Below, one piece after another: positions 18,325-27,626 of a DNA stretch of 39,804 nucleotides. A model generated the notes under the pieces. It saw nothing but the letters and a program-made list of their open reading frames with translations, ran no database searches and had not been told where the DNA came from. The translations under genes and the position numbers were made by a program. Every line of letters starts with the position of its first letter. Positions within the stretch are counted from its first letter, which is position 1. The DNA is from Candidatus Eiseniibacteriota bacterium (GTDB lineage Bacteria > Arandabacterota > Arandabacteria > Arandabacterales > Arandabacteraceae), in NCBI GenBank assembly GCA_043810925.1, contig JBDRNT010000122.1, positions 1 to 39,804 of the forward strand, read 5' to 3'.

Positions 18325-20953
18325 CGTCCTCCCCGTCTTTTCCTGAAGCCAGTTTCCTGAGCGATGCAAGCTCCTCGAGCGCCTCAAGCGGCGTCAGGTT
18401 GTCCACATCAAGGGCCAGCAGTTTCTTGCTTATCTCCTTCTCACCCTCCCAGAGCGTGAGCTGAATATCACCCGAAACCGGGGAGTGCTCGCCCCTGGCT
18501 ATTCTCGGGACATCACCGATCCCGAACTCGTCCTCCTCGAGATTCGACAGAATCTCTTTCGCTCTCGCGATCACGCTCGTGGGAAGGCCGGCCAGTCTTG
18601 CGACCTGTATACCATAGCTCCGATCGCAGCCGCCTTCAACGATCTTCCGCATGAAGATAACCCGGTCACCGTGCTCTTTGACAAGCACGTTGAAGTTCTT
18701 GATTCTCGGGAGAATCCCCGCAAGATCCGTTAGCTCGTGATAGTGCGTTGCAAAGAGAGTCATCGGCCGGACCGTCTCGTTGTCATGCAGGTATTCGACG
18801 GCCGCCCAGGCGATGCTGAGCCCATCGAACGTACTCGTGCCGCGTCCGATTTCATCAAGAAGCACGAGGCTCCGGTCGGTAGCATTATTGAGGATATTCG
18901 CCGTCTCGATCATCTCCACCAGAAACGTGCTCTGCCCTCTGGCGACCCTGTCTGTGGCGCCTATCCGTGTGAATACCTTATCCACGATGCCTATCGAGGC
19001 CCTCGTGGCGGGCACGAAGCTTCCGACCTGGGCCATTATCACGATCAGCGCCACCTGTCTCAGGAACGTCGACTTACCTGCCATGTTGGGTCCGGTGATC
19101 ATGAGTATCTGGTGGTCCTGATCGAACACGGTATCGTTCGGGACGAACTGCTCGTCGGCAAGGAAGCGCTCGACTACGGGGTGACGCCCTTCGTGGATCG
19201 CGATTCCGCCTGCTTCTCTGATCTCGGGCTTCACGTAATCGTTGTCCCCGGCCGTCTCGGCAAACGCGGCAAGCACGTCAAGTTGTGCGATCATCCCAGC
19301 GGCATCCTGGATACGGGTCGTATCGGCCGCTATCTTGGATCTGATCTCTTTGAATATCTCCTCCTCAAGAGCGGCCGCACGTTCGTCCGCGCACAGTATC
19401 TCCGCCTCCTTGTTCGTGAGATCCTCGGTCACGAATCTCTCACCGCCAACAAGCGTCTGCTTTCTTATGTAGGTTGGTGGAACACTCTTGAGATTGGACT
19501 TGCTGACCTCGATATAGTAGCCAAAGACCTTGTTATAACCGATCTTGAGTGTCCCTATCCCGGTCTTCTCCCTTTCAGCCGCCTGAAGATCGAGTATCCA
19601 CCGCTTGCCGCCGCGCGATGCTTTTCGGAGCTCGTCGAGTCTGGCATCGAAACCTTCATTTACAACCGCTCCCTGCCTGAACAGTATCGGCGCGTCATCC
19701 TTGATCGCATCCGAGATCGCCGTCTCGATATCCGTCACCTCGGGCAGGGTCTCGGAGATCCGAGACAGAACTCTTGAATTCGAACCCGACACGATCTTCC
19801 TGATCTCGGGGAAGAGCCCCAAGGACTTGCTGATCGCAACCAGGTCCCGCGGGCCCGCTTTCTCACAGCACACCCGCCCTATCAGACGCTCGAGATCGTT
19901 CACCTCTCTGAGGGTGCTTCTTAAGTCCTTACGTCTTATTTCGTCCGTGACAAGCTCACCCACGGCCTCGAGCCTCAAGGCGATCTCCTCCCGCGCCATC
20001 AGGGGGCTGCGTACCCACTTTCTGAGCGTTCTGCCACCCATGGAGGTCAGCGTGCGGTCGAGTATGGAAATCAGCGAGGCATCAGCGTCCTCAGGATGCA
20101 GTGGCCGGAGTATCTCAAGATTGGCAAGCGAGTCCTCGTCAATCTCCATGAACATGGCCTTACGATAAACCGAAAGCCGTGATATGTGTGGAAGCAATCG
20201 CTTCTGGGTCTGTCTGAGATATGAGATCACCGCCCCGGCCGCCCCCGTGGCCAGCAGCATGCTCTGGCAGCCGAAACCCTCGAGGGTTGCCACCTTGAAG
20301 TGATCACAGAGAATGGCGCACGCCGAGTCGTGGAGGAAGAGCCACTCATCCAGGTCGGTGAGCGTAACACCCGGCCGGACCTGCTTGATACGCGCAGTGA
20401 GTTGGTCGTCGATCGAGTCCCTCGGAATCAGTATTTCACTGGGGGATGTCTTTGCAATCTCCTCAAACAGATCGTGCGTAGAGAGCTCGGAGACCGCGAA
20501 CTCCCCTGTCGAGAGATCGGCCCTTGCCATTCCCCACCTGTCGTCCTCACGTATTACCGCAACAAGGTAGTTGTTCTCCTTATCCTCCAGGAGAAGCGAT
20601 GATGTCACCGTTCCGGGTGTTATCACCTCCACGACCCTGCGTTTTACGAGGCCTTTTGCCTCTTTGGGGTTCTCCACCTGGTCGCAGATCGCAACTTTGT
20701 GGCCTGCTCGGACGAGCCTGGCTATGTAGGTATCGACGGCATGGTGAGGCACGCCGGCCAGCGGGATCCTTTTATCCCCTTCCCTTGATCGCGAAGTGAG
20801 CGCGATGCCCAGCACCCTCGACGCCACGGCGGCGTCTTCGTAGAAAGTCTCGTAGAAATCCCCCATCCTGAAGAGGAGTATCGAGTCGGGATAGTCCTTC
20901 TTCATGCTGAAATACTGCGACATCATGGGCGTCAGCTGGGATTCATTTGCCAT
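18311..20953 (-). CDS. mutS: DNA mismatch repair protein MutS
   Basis: TPMM.QY, GDFYE, TGPNMAGKST, DEIGRGTST, SYGIQVA. Confidence 0.98.
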   Translation of the reverse strand: MANESQLTPMMSQYFSMKKDYPDSILLFRMGDFYETFYEDAAVASRVLGIALTSRSREGDKRIPLAGVPHHAVDTYIARLVRAGHKVAICDQVENPKEAKGLVKRRVVEVITPGTVTSSLLLEDKENNYLVAVIREDDRWGMARADLSTGEFAVSELSTHDLFEEIAKTSPSEILIPRDSIDDQLTARIKQVRPGVTLTDLDEWLFLHDSACAILCDHFKVATLEGFGCQSMLLATGAAGAVISYLRQTQKRLLPHISRLSVYRKAMFMEIDEDSLANLEILRPLHPEDADASLISILDRTLTSMGGRTLRKWVRSPLMAREEIALRLEAVGELVTDEIRRKDLRSTLREVNDLERLIGRVCCEKAGPRDLVAISKSLGLFPEIRKIVSGSNSRVLSRISETLPEVTDIETAISDAIKDDAPILFRQGAVVNEGFDARLDELRKASRGGKRWILDLQAAEREKTGIGTLKIGYNKVFGYYIEVSKSNLKSVPPTYIRKQTLVGGERFVTEDLTNKEAEILCADERAAALEEEIFKEIRSKIAADTTRIQDAAGMIAQLDVLAAFAETAGDNDYVKPEIREAGGIAIHEGRHPVVERFLADEQFVPNDTVFDQDHQILMITGPNMAGKSTFLRQVALIVIMAQVGSFVPATRASIGIVDKVFTRIGATDRVARGQSTFLVEMIETANILNNATDRSLVLLDEIGRGTSTFDGLSIAWAAVEYLHDNETVRPMTLFATHYHELTDLAGILPRIKNFNVLVKEHGDRVIFMRKIVEGGCDRSYGIQVARLAGLPTSVIARAKEILSNLEEDEFGIGDVPRIARGEHSPVSGDIQLTLWEGEKEISKKLLALDVDNLTPLEALEELASLRKLASGKDGEDDGED

Positions 20954-21001
20954 CGCACTAAACGGAGTTAGGGATTATGAGGCCCGCATCACGCGTATGT
21001 C

Positions 21002-22135
21002 TCAAATGAAGGTTTCCCATTCCCTGCACCTGGGACACCGCCACAAAACTTCATTCGATCTATGATCACACTTGACACATCTGTAGTCTTCTTCATCGGA
21101 TGAAAAGCCGTTAAAGGCCTCCACCATTGCCTTAAGCGACTCCTCGGTATCACCCTTCTCGTAGTAGAGCTTGGCCAGGGCCTGCTTCACTTTTCTCGAA
21201 CCCGGATCGAACTCGAGGGCCGTCTGGCAGAGCCTCAATGCATCGTCGAGATTGCCCTTCCTCCTGTGGATGCTCGCCAGCTTCATAAGCGTCTTGACAT
21301 CACCGGGGTTCCGCTCAAGCACCCCCTCGTAGAGGTCGACAATCTTCTCGAACTTGCCCTTCTCGTAGAACGCTTTTTCAAGCCGTCTGAAGGTGATGTA
21401 GGCGATATCCGGAAACAGGGTCACAATCCGACGCCAGGATGATATCGCGTTATCGATGTTGCCATTGGCGTAGTAGACATCACCAAGATAGAGATACGCC
21501 GCTGCGCACTCCGAGTCGATCTTAAGCGATTCCTTGAGGCTGCTCTCGGCTCTCTTAAGGTCCCCGGCATCAAAATACGACTTGCCGACATAGGCCTTGT
21601 ACAGAGCCAGGAAGCGTGTATCATCGATCCTCTTGGCCTTGGAGATGTTCCGTCTCAAGAGGTAGGCCTTGTCCCACTCGTGCATCTCCTCGAAGACCTC
21701 GAGCAGTTCATTCATCGCCTTATCGTTTCGGGCATCGATCTCAAGGACATGCTCGTACGATGCGACTGCCCGGTCGAGTCTCTTTGCCTTCATATAGTCT
21801 CTCGCCAGGCTCAGAAAGATCTTAGAAAGCGTCTTCTTCGGCATCGACGGCCTTACCGTAAGCTCGCGATGGATCTGGGTGGCCCGTTTGATCTCTCCCG
21901 TTTCCCTCAAGACGTCGCCGAGTCTCAGATAGGGGTCCACATCCTGCGGGCGCTCCCGTACGGCCTGCCTGAGGAAACTGAGCGCTGTGTTGTAGTCGCC
22001 GTCCAACAATGAGGACAGTCCTTCAATATACGGGCTCCTACCGGCATCCCTCCTGCGCTTCGCGGATAGGCTCACCCATACGCGATGGAAGATTACGGCG
22101 ATGACACAGAGAATCAGGATGATCCAAATAGTCAC
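21002..22135 (-). CDS. lapB: LapB-like TPR protein with C-terminal rubredoxin-like motif
   Basis: N-terminal TM, TPR repeats, C-terminal CVKC...WRCPRC..W; downstream of lapA. Confidence 0.8.
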   Translation of the reverse strand: MTIWIILILCVIAVIFHRVWVSLSAKRRRDAGRSPYIEGLSSLLDGDYNTALSFLRQAVRERPQDVDPYLRLGDVLRETGEIKRATQIHRELTVRPSMPKKTLSKIFLSLARDYMKAKRLDRAVASYEHVLEIDARNDKAMNELLEVFEEMHEWDKAYLLRRNISKAKRIDDTRFLALYKAYVGKSYFDAGDLKRAESSLKESLKIDSECAAAYLYLGDVYYANGNIDNAISSWRRIVTLFPDIAYITFRRLEKAFYEKGKFEKIVDLYEGVLERNPGDVKTLMKLASIHRRKGNLDDALRLCQTALEFDPGSRKVKQALAKLYYEKGDTEESLKAMVEAFNGFSSDEEDYRCVKCDHRSNEVLWRCPRCREWETFI

Positions 22136-22476
22136 GAAACCACTCCCTTTCCTGCCTCAGGGCCCAGGTCCTCGAGGGGTTCCTCAATTGGAAGGTTTCT
22201 TATGGCGACAAGTTCTTCTTCAAGTGCTCTGTTGCGCTTCTTAAGACGTCTCACGTTCAGCCCGAACTCGATGAAGTAGTAGAGGCTGTAAAGGAGCGTG
22301 AGGACTATTCCTATGACGAAAGCGATGAAGAGCGTGAGGATAAGAGGTACGTTCTGGTATATGCGCCAGCCAAGGTTGAGCATTACGCGTTCGCCGGGGT
22401 TCATAACTCCGAATGCTATGATTGCCACCGTGATGACAAGCAATGCGACAGCTGCGATAACCCTTGAAATATTCAT
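22132..22476 (-). CDS. lapA: LapA-family (DUF1049) membrane protein
   Basis: Two TM helices followed by a coiled coil ending LEEELVAIRNLP; coupled to lapB. Confidence 0.75.
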   Translation of the reverse strand: MNISRVIAAVALLVITVAIIAFGVMNPGERVMLNLGWRIYQNVPLILTLFIAFVIGIVLTLLYSLYYFIEFGLNVRRLKKRNRALEEELVAIRNLPIEEPLEDLGPEAGKGVVS

Positions 22477-22477
22477 T

Positions 22478-23800
22478 TCATGCTCCCGCCTTTCTCACAG
22501 AACCGTCACAGGATATCATCCAGCGTGTCACACCCGTGACCTCGGCAACAACCACTTCACCTTTACTTACACCTTTTTGGGGCAGCTTTGCAAGCCAGTT
22601 TTTTCGCGTACGCCCGACCAAAAAGCCGGTTTCCCGCCGGCTCTCGCCCTGGACGAGGATTTCCACATCCCCTCCGAGGAGGGCCTGTTTCTTCGTATCT
22701 ACAATGGAGTTCTCCAGTTCTATCACATGCCTGAGCCTCTCCACCTTCTCGTCTTCTTTAACGTCATCGGTGAAACCGGCGGCATGCGTACCGGCTCGCA
22801 GTGAGTACTTGAACATGAAGGCTGAGTCAAATGCGATCTCTTCCATGGCGCGCAGCGTGGCCTCGTGATCGGACCTCGTCTCACCGGGAAAGCCTACCAT
22901 AATGTCCGTGCTGATCACAATAGAAGGAATCGCCGATCTGGCGAGCTCGACGATGCGTGTATAGTCACTGTAGGTGTAGCCGCGGTTCATGAGCGCGAGT
23001 ATTCTGTCAGATCCGCTCTGAAGCGGCAGGTGAAGATGCTCACAGACCCTCGGAAGATCGCGAATTCGTTCGATAACTCCCTGTGCCAGGTCTTTGGGAT
23101 GCGATGTCGTGAAGCGTATCCTCCTTAGATCCTTAACGCCGTCCACGGCCTCGAGCAACGCGGCGAAATCGGTCTTTCCATCGCCATAGGAGTTGACATT
23201 CTGCCCCAGGAGCGTGACCTCTTTCACCCCGAGGGCGACAAGGTGCTCGATCTCCATGATGATGTCTCCGAGCGGTTTGCTTCTCTCCCTCCCCCTTACA
23301 TAGGGTACGACACAATAGGAACAGAAATTGTCGCAACCGCGCATGATGGTCACGAAGGCCGATACGGACTTAAAGGTCCGTGGCCGGTGCGCGTACATGC
23401 ATCCTGAATCCTGGGTGGTCTCAACTGCCGGGCCACGCTTTTCGGCCAGCCCCGCGACGATACCTCCAATCTTGCCATATGAATCGGGTCCCACGACAAG
23501 ATCAATCCCCATCCTGTTTTCAGTCAGTTTCCGACCCAGCCGCTGCGCCATACAGCCTACGACACCGAGCAGAAGGTCGGGTCTCCCCTTCTTGGATGCC
23601 GAGAGTTCCGAGAGACGCGTGAGCACCTTCCGCTCCGCCCTGTCGCGGACGCTACAGGTGTTTATCAGGATGAGATCGGCCTCAGCGGCGCAGTCGACCG
23701 GCTCGTGCCCCTCGCCGGCGAGCATTTCAGAGATGACCCCTGAATCGTAGATATTCATCTGGCAGCCGAAAGTCTCGATAAAGAATCTTCGCTTGATCAT
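22478..23800 (-). CDS. miaB: tRNA-2-methylthio-N6-dimethylallyladenosine synthase
   Basis: TFGCQMN.YDS, NTCSVR..AE, GCDNFCSYCVVPY.RG.E.S, TRAM domain. Confidence 0.94.
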   Translation of the reverse strand: MIKRRFFIETFGCQMNIYDSGVISEMLAGEGHEPVDCAAEADLILINTCSVRDRAERKVLTRLSELSASKKGRPDLLLGVVGCMAQRLGRKLTENRMGIDLVVGPDSYGKIGGIVAGLAEKRGPAVETTQDSGCMYAHRPRTFKSVSAFVTIMRGCDNFCSYCVVPYVRGRERSKPLGDIIMEIEHLVALGVKEVTLLGQNVNSYGDGKTDFAALLEAVDGVKDLRRIRFTTSHPKDLAQGVIERIRDLPRVCEHLHLPLQSGSDRILALMNRGYTYSDYTRIVELARSAIPSIVISTDIMVGFPGETRSDHEATLRAMEEIAFDSAFMFKYSLRAGTHAAGFTDDVKEDEKVERLRHVIELENSIVDTKKQALLGGDVEILVQGESRRETGFLVGRTRKNWLAKLPQKGVSKGEVVVAEVTGVTRWMISCDGSVRKAGA

Positions 23801-25098
23801 TGGGTTAGGTCCGCAAGTACGCCCTCGCCTCTCACACCGGTTACCCGGCAGGGCACAATCTCATTGACCGGTGCCGACTCAGTAAGGAAGGCCTTTACAT
23901 AGTTCCCGCTAAGACCCGTCAGATAAGAGGATTTGGTCGAGCCCAGGACCAGAGCATCGAGGGTCTTACCGGAAAGCGACTTTCTGAATTCAAGTGACTT
24001 CTCCCGGCCCATCCGTCTCAGGATAAAGCTTCGCTCCTTCTTCTCCTCAGGGGCGACCTGGCCACTCATCATAGAGGCCTCGGTCTTGTAGCGTGGTGAA
24101 AAGGAGAAGACATGGAGGTAGGTGACGGGCAGATCCATAAGGAGATCACGTGTATTTGAGAAAGCGTCCCTGTCCTCCCCGGGGAAGCCCACCATGACAT
24201 CCGCACCGATTCCGCAAAGTGGTACGCGGTCGGCGATACAGTGTATCAGCGTGGAGTAAGATCGCCGGTCGTAGGGCCGACCCATCCTCTCGAGGACCCC
24301 GTCGTCGCCGCTCTGGAGCGGCACGTGGACATGAGCACATATCTTCATCGCCGGATCGGCCATGAGATCGATCAGTTCATCGGAGAAGTCCGTTGGCTCG
24401 ATCGAACTCAATCTGACCCGTTCGGGCCCACACGCAGCCGCGATCCTCCTGAGCAGCGTAGCCAGCGAGTCCTGCGGCGACAGATCCCTGCCGTATGAGC
24501 CAAGATGTACCCCGGTAAGGACGATCTCCTTATAGCCCTCACCCGCAAGAACATCGATCTCCGCCGCAACATCCTCCCAGCGCTTGCTCCTGCTCCGCCC
24601 ACGCGCCAGCGGGACCGCGCAGTAGGAACAGCGGTTGTCACAACCATCCTGGATCTTGACAAACGCACGTGTGTACTTACCGAAACCGTGGAGCCGTCTG
24701 TGACCGTCAATCCGGTCTTGAGCCCCACTGTCGCTCACATCTATTACGGGGTGCGTCTGCTTGTCCAGATCTACGTAGTCTCCGATCCTCTCCTTCTCAG
24801 CGTTACCGATGACGGCGTCGACTCCCGCAATTTCTGCGATTGCATCGGGCGCGAGTTGAGCGTAGCAACCCGTTACGACCACAGTCGCCTCAGGGTTGAC
24901 CTTGACTGCTCGCCTTATCGCCTGGCGGGATCTGTAGTCGCTTTTGGAGGTTACGGTACAGGTATTGATAACGTAGACATCCGCTCTCTCGGTGGGAGGA
25001 CAGGTACCGTGTCCCATCTCCTCGACTGCCTCCCGCATCTGTTCCGTTTCGAACTGATTGAGCTTGCAGCCTACGGTGACGAACGCGACCGATCTCAT
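23797..25098 (-). CDS. mtaB: tRNA threonylcarbamoyladenosine methylthiotransferase
   Basis: GCKLNQFET, INTCTVT, TRAFVKIQDGCDNRCSYC, LHVFSFSPR. Confidence 0.93.
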   Translation of the reverse strand: MRSVAFVTVGCKLNQFETEQMREAVEEMGHGTCPPTERADVYVINTCTVTSKSDYRSRQAIRRAVKVNPEATVVVTGCYAQLAPDAIAEIAGVDAVIGNAEKERIGDYVDLDKQTHPVIDVSDSGAQDRIDGHRRLHGFGKYTRAFVKIQDGCDNRCSYCAVPLARGRSRSKRWEDVAAEIDVLAGEGYKEIVLTGVHLGSYGRDLSPQDSLATLLRRIAAACGPERVRLSSIEPTDFSDELIDLMADPAMKICAHVHVPLQSGDDGVLERMGRPYDRRSYSTLIHCIADRVPLCGIGADVMVGFPGEDRDAFSNTRDLLMDLPVTYLHVFSFSPRYKTEASMMSGQVAPEEKKERSFILRRMGREKSLEFRKSLSGKTLDALVLGSTKSSYLTGLSGNYVKAFLTESAPVNEIVPCRVTGVRGEGVLADLTQ

Positions 25099-26048
25099 TC
25101 CTTATCGTCCCACTTCCCGCACCGGCTTCCCCATCTCGAAAGCAGCGTGGTGCCGTCGAATATCTCAAGGATCATGCAACTGTTCGGACAGTCGTCGCAC
25201 GCAAGGCTCCGTGTGACCAGGTTTGCTGCTTCGATATCGAATCCCTTAAAACGTGTCTGCGCTCCTCCGGCCATCTGCCGCCCCGCAAGCACGGCCACAC
25301 CAACCGCACCCATCACATCGTGATACTCCGGCACGGTTATCTCCATACCGAGTTCGCGCTCAAAGGCATCTCTAACGGCGGCATTGGAGGCGACCCCGCC
25401 CTGAAACATCACGGGCGGTGTGATCTCCTTACCACCCGCCACACCCGAAAGGAAGTTCCTTACCAGGGACTCACAGAGACCCCTCGCGATCGGCTCTTTA
25501 CCCACCCCGCGTTGCTGCTTCTCGATCATGTCGGTCTCGGCGAAAACAGCGCATCTTCCTGATACCCGCACGCTGTGTTCTGAGGCCGCCGCCAGCTCTG
25601 CAAAACCCTCGATCGTGACCCCCATCCTCGTTGCCTGGTGATCGAGGAAACTGCCGGTTCCCGCCGCGCATACCGTGTTCATGGCGAAATCGGTAACCAC
25701 CCCGTCTCTTATCACTATGATCTTTGAGTCCTGACCTCCGATCTCAATTATGGTCCGGGACTCGGGATAAAAATGCAGTGCTCCCACGGCATGGGCGGTG
25801 ATCTCGTTCTTGACGATGTCGGCGCCCACGAGGGCCGCGGCGAGGTGGCGGCCGCTCCCGGTGGTGCCGCACCCGGCGACATCGATGTGACCAAGCGATT
25901 CGCGTGCGGCCGCCATTATCTGGATGATCGCTGAAATCGGACTGCCTTCCGTCCTCAGGTACCGGTGAGCGATAACACGCAGGTCACGATCCAGGACGGC
26001 GACGTTCGTACTGACCGCCCCGACGTCAAGGCCGATATAAGCTTCCAT
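25095..26048 (-). CDS. Acyl-CoA dehydratase activase-like ASKHA ATPase (HgdC/BadF/BcrA family)
   Basis: GLDVGAVST, TTGSGR, EIGGQDSK, MNTVCAAGTGSFLD, RCAVFAETD, C-terminal CDDCPNSC...RCGKW. Confidence 0.9.
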   Translation of the reverse strand: MEAYIGLDVGAVSTNVAVLDRDLRVIAHRYLRTEGSPISAIIQIMAAARESLGHIDVAGCGTTGSGRHLAAALVGADIVKNEITAHAVGALHFYPESRTIIEIGGQDSKIIVIRDGVVTDFAMNTVCAAGTGSFLDHQATRMGVTIEGFAELAAASEHSVRVSGRCAVFAETDMIEKQQRGVGKEPIARGLCESLVRNFLSGVAGGKEITPPVMFQGGVASNAAVRDAFERELGMEITVPEYHDVMGAVGVAVLAGRQMAGGAQTRFKGFDIEAANLVTRSLACDDCPNSCMILEIFDGTTLLSRWGSRCGKWDDKE

Positions 26049-26054
26049 ATTGAG

Positions 26055-26083
26055 AGTCTAATTGGGTTGGGAAGCGGTGTCAA
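26055..26083 (-). promoter_or_regulatory. sigma70 promoter, probable leaderless transcript
   Basis: TTGACA-N17-TAGACT-N6-ATG; no SD. Confidence 0.7.
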
Positions 26084-26101
26084 TCCACGGTGGTGCTGCC
26101 G

Positions 26102-26983
26102 TCAATGACTCTTGATCACAGATCCCATGCTTGCCATGTGCGCCGGAGTGGTGCCGCAGCATCCGCCGATCACCCTCGCACCGCATGCGAGGAGGCTTTC
26201 CGCGCCCGCGGCCATATCCTCAGGTGTCTCGGGATATACGGCACACCCATTCTTAAGCTCCGGAAGACCTGCGTTGGGCTGGGCTATGACGGCAAGAGGT
26301 GTTGACCCGGCCATCTCAATGATGATCTCTGCTGCGGCCTCAGGGCCGCTACAGCAGTTGGTACCCACTAGATCGGCCCCGGCTTCGACGAGACCGGTCC
26401 CGGCGTCCTCCGGGCTCGTCCCCATCATGGTCCGGTAGCCCTTCGCGCCTTTCGTGAACGCCATTGTCGCCGCCACGGGTTTCTTCGAAACGGCCTTGGC
26501 CGCGGCTATGGCCAGCGCGGCTTCGTTTAAGTCCGACATGGTCTCGATAAGGTAGAAATCCACGCCTGCCCGTTCCATCGCCTCGGTGGCCCGCCCGAAG
26601 GCTTCAGCCAGTTGGTCGCGCGAGTAATCACCGTAGGGTTCGAGGAGTCCTCCCGTAGGGCCCACAGAGGCAGCAATGAGACAGGTATCTCCAACTGCAC
26701 GTCTTGCCAGATCGACACCTGCAGCAACGATATCATCGATCTTGGAGTCCAGACCGTACCTCGCGAGTTTGATGGTGCTGGCGCCGAAGGTGTTGGTCTC
26801 CACGTAGTCACAGCCGGCGTCGCGGTACGCCTTGTGGATACCGAGGATTACCTCGGGCCGCTCCAGGTTCCAGGCCTCGGGGCAGTCGCCGCTTCTGAAT
26901 CCACCTTCCTGAAGGAGGCTCCCCATCGCACCGTCACCGAGAATGGGTCTTGATTTTATGAGCTCGAGTAGATCCACACTCAA
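26102..26983 (-). CDS. Homocysteine S-methyltransferase domain protein (split MetH module)
   Basis: DGAMGS, TNTFGA, IETMSD, GTNC, QPNAGLP, GGCCGTTP. Confidence 0.92.
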   Translation of the reverse strand: MSVDLLELIKSRPILGDGAMGSLLQEGGFRSGDCPEAWNLERPEVILGIHKAYRDAGCDYVETNTFGASTIKLARYGLDSKIDDIVAAGVDLARRAVGDTCLIAASVGPTGGLLEPYGDYSRDQLAEAFGRATEAMERAGVDFYLIETMSDLNEAALAIAAAKAVSKKPVAATMAFTKGAKGYRTMMGTSPEDAGTGLVEAGADLVGTNCCSGPEAAAEIIIEMAGSTPLAVIAQPNAGLPELKNGCAVYPETPEDMAAGAESLLACGARVIGGCCGTTPAHMASMGSVIKSH

Positions 26984-27612
26984 CCCTCCAGGAACTCCTT
27001 CGCCAGATCGACTGCGGTAGCGGCATCATCACCGTAACCGGCTGCACCGATCTCGTTTGCGAATGAGGCGGTCACGGGCGCGCCGCCGATCATTGTCTTC
27101 ACCTTGTCCGCCAGACCCTTCTCGCCGAGCATGTCGACGGTCTCTTTCATGACATGCATTGTCGTTGTCAGGAGCGCCGACATACCGATCACACCGGCAT
27201 CATGTTCCACGGCCGCCTCCACGAATTTCTCGGCGGGAACGTCATTTCCTAAGTCTATGATCTCAAAGCCCGCGCCTTCGAGCATCATCGCGACCAGGTT
27301 CTTGCCGATGTCGTGAAGATCACCCCGTACCGTTCCGACTACGATCCTGCCCCTGGGCTGGATCCCGCTATCGACAAGCCGTGGCTTAAGGACTTCCATC
27401 GCCTTCTGCATGCTCTTGGCAGCGAGCAGAACCTCGGGCACATAGATTTCATTGACCTTGAAGAGCGCACCCACCTTGTCCATTCCAGATATCAGCGCGT
27501 CGTTCAGGATGCTCGCCGGTTCGATTCCCGCTTCAAGTGCTTCTTCAGTTAAAGACCTGGTTCGAGCCATGTCACCGGCGATCACGGCTTCCTTAAGCTG
27601 GGCAAGTTCCAT
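26980..27612 (-). CDS. Cobalamin-binding (corrinoid) protein
   Basis: DLHDIGKNLV, SALLTTT, IGGAP motifs; SD GGAGG before MELAQ. ORF track starts at 27627. Confidence 0.93.
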   Translation of the reverse strand: MELAQLKEAVIAGDMARTRSLTEEALEAGIEPASILNDALISGMDKVGALFKVNEIYVPEVLLAAKSMQKAMEVLKPRLVDSGIQPRGRIVVGTVRGDLHDIGKNLVAMMLEGAGFEIIDLGNDVPAEKFVEAAVEHDAGVIGMSALLTTTMHVMKETVDMLGEKGLADKVKTMIGGAPVTASFANEIGAAGYGDDAATAVDLAKEFLEG

Positions 27613-27626
27613 GCTGTCCTCCCTCA

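Noticed and set aside
18737-19777. Long plus-strand ORFs antisense to mutS (and similarly 28210-29343, 24505-25323, 33489-34286, 9557-10294)
   Set aside because: Shadow ORFs of GC-rich genes on the opposite strand, with no recognisable motifs.
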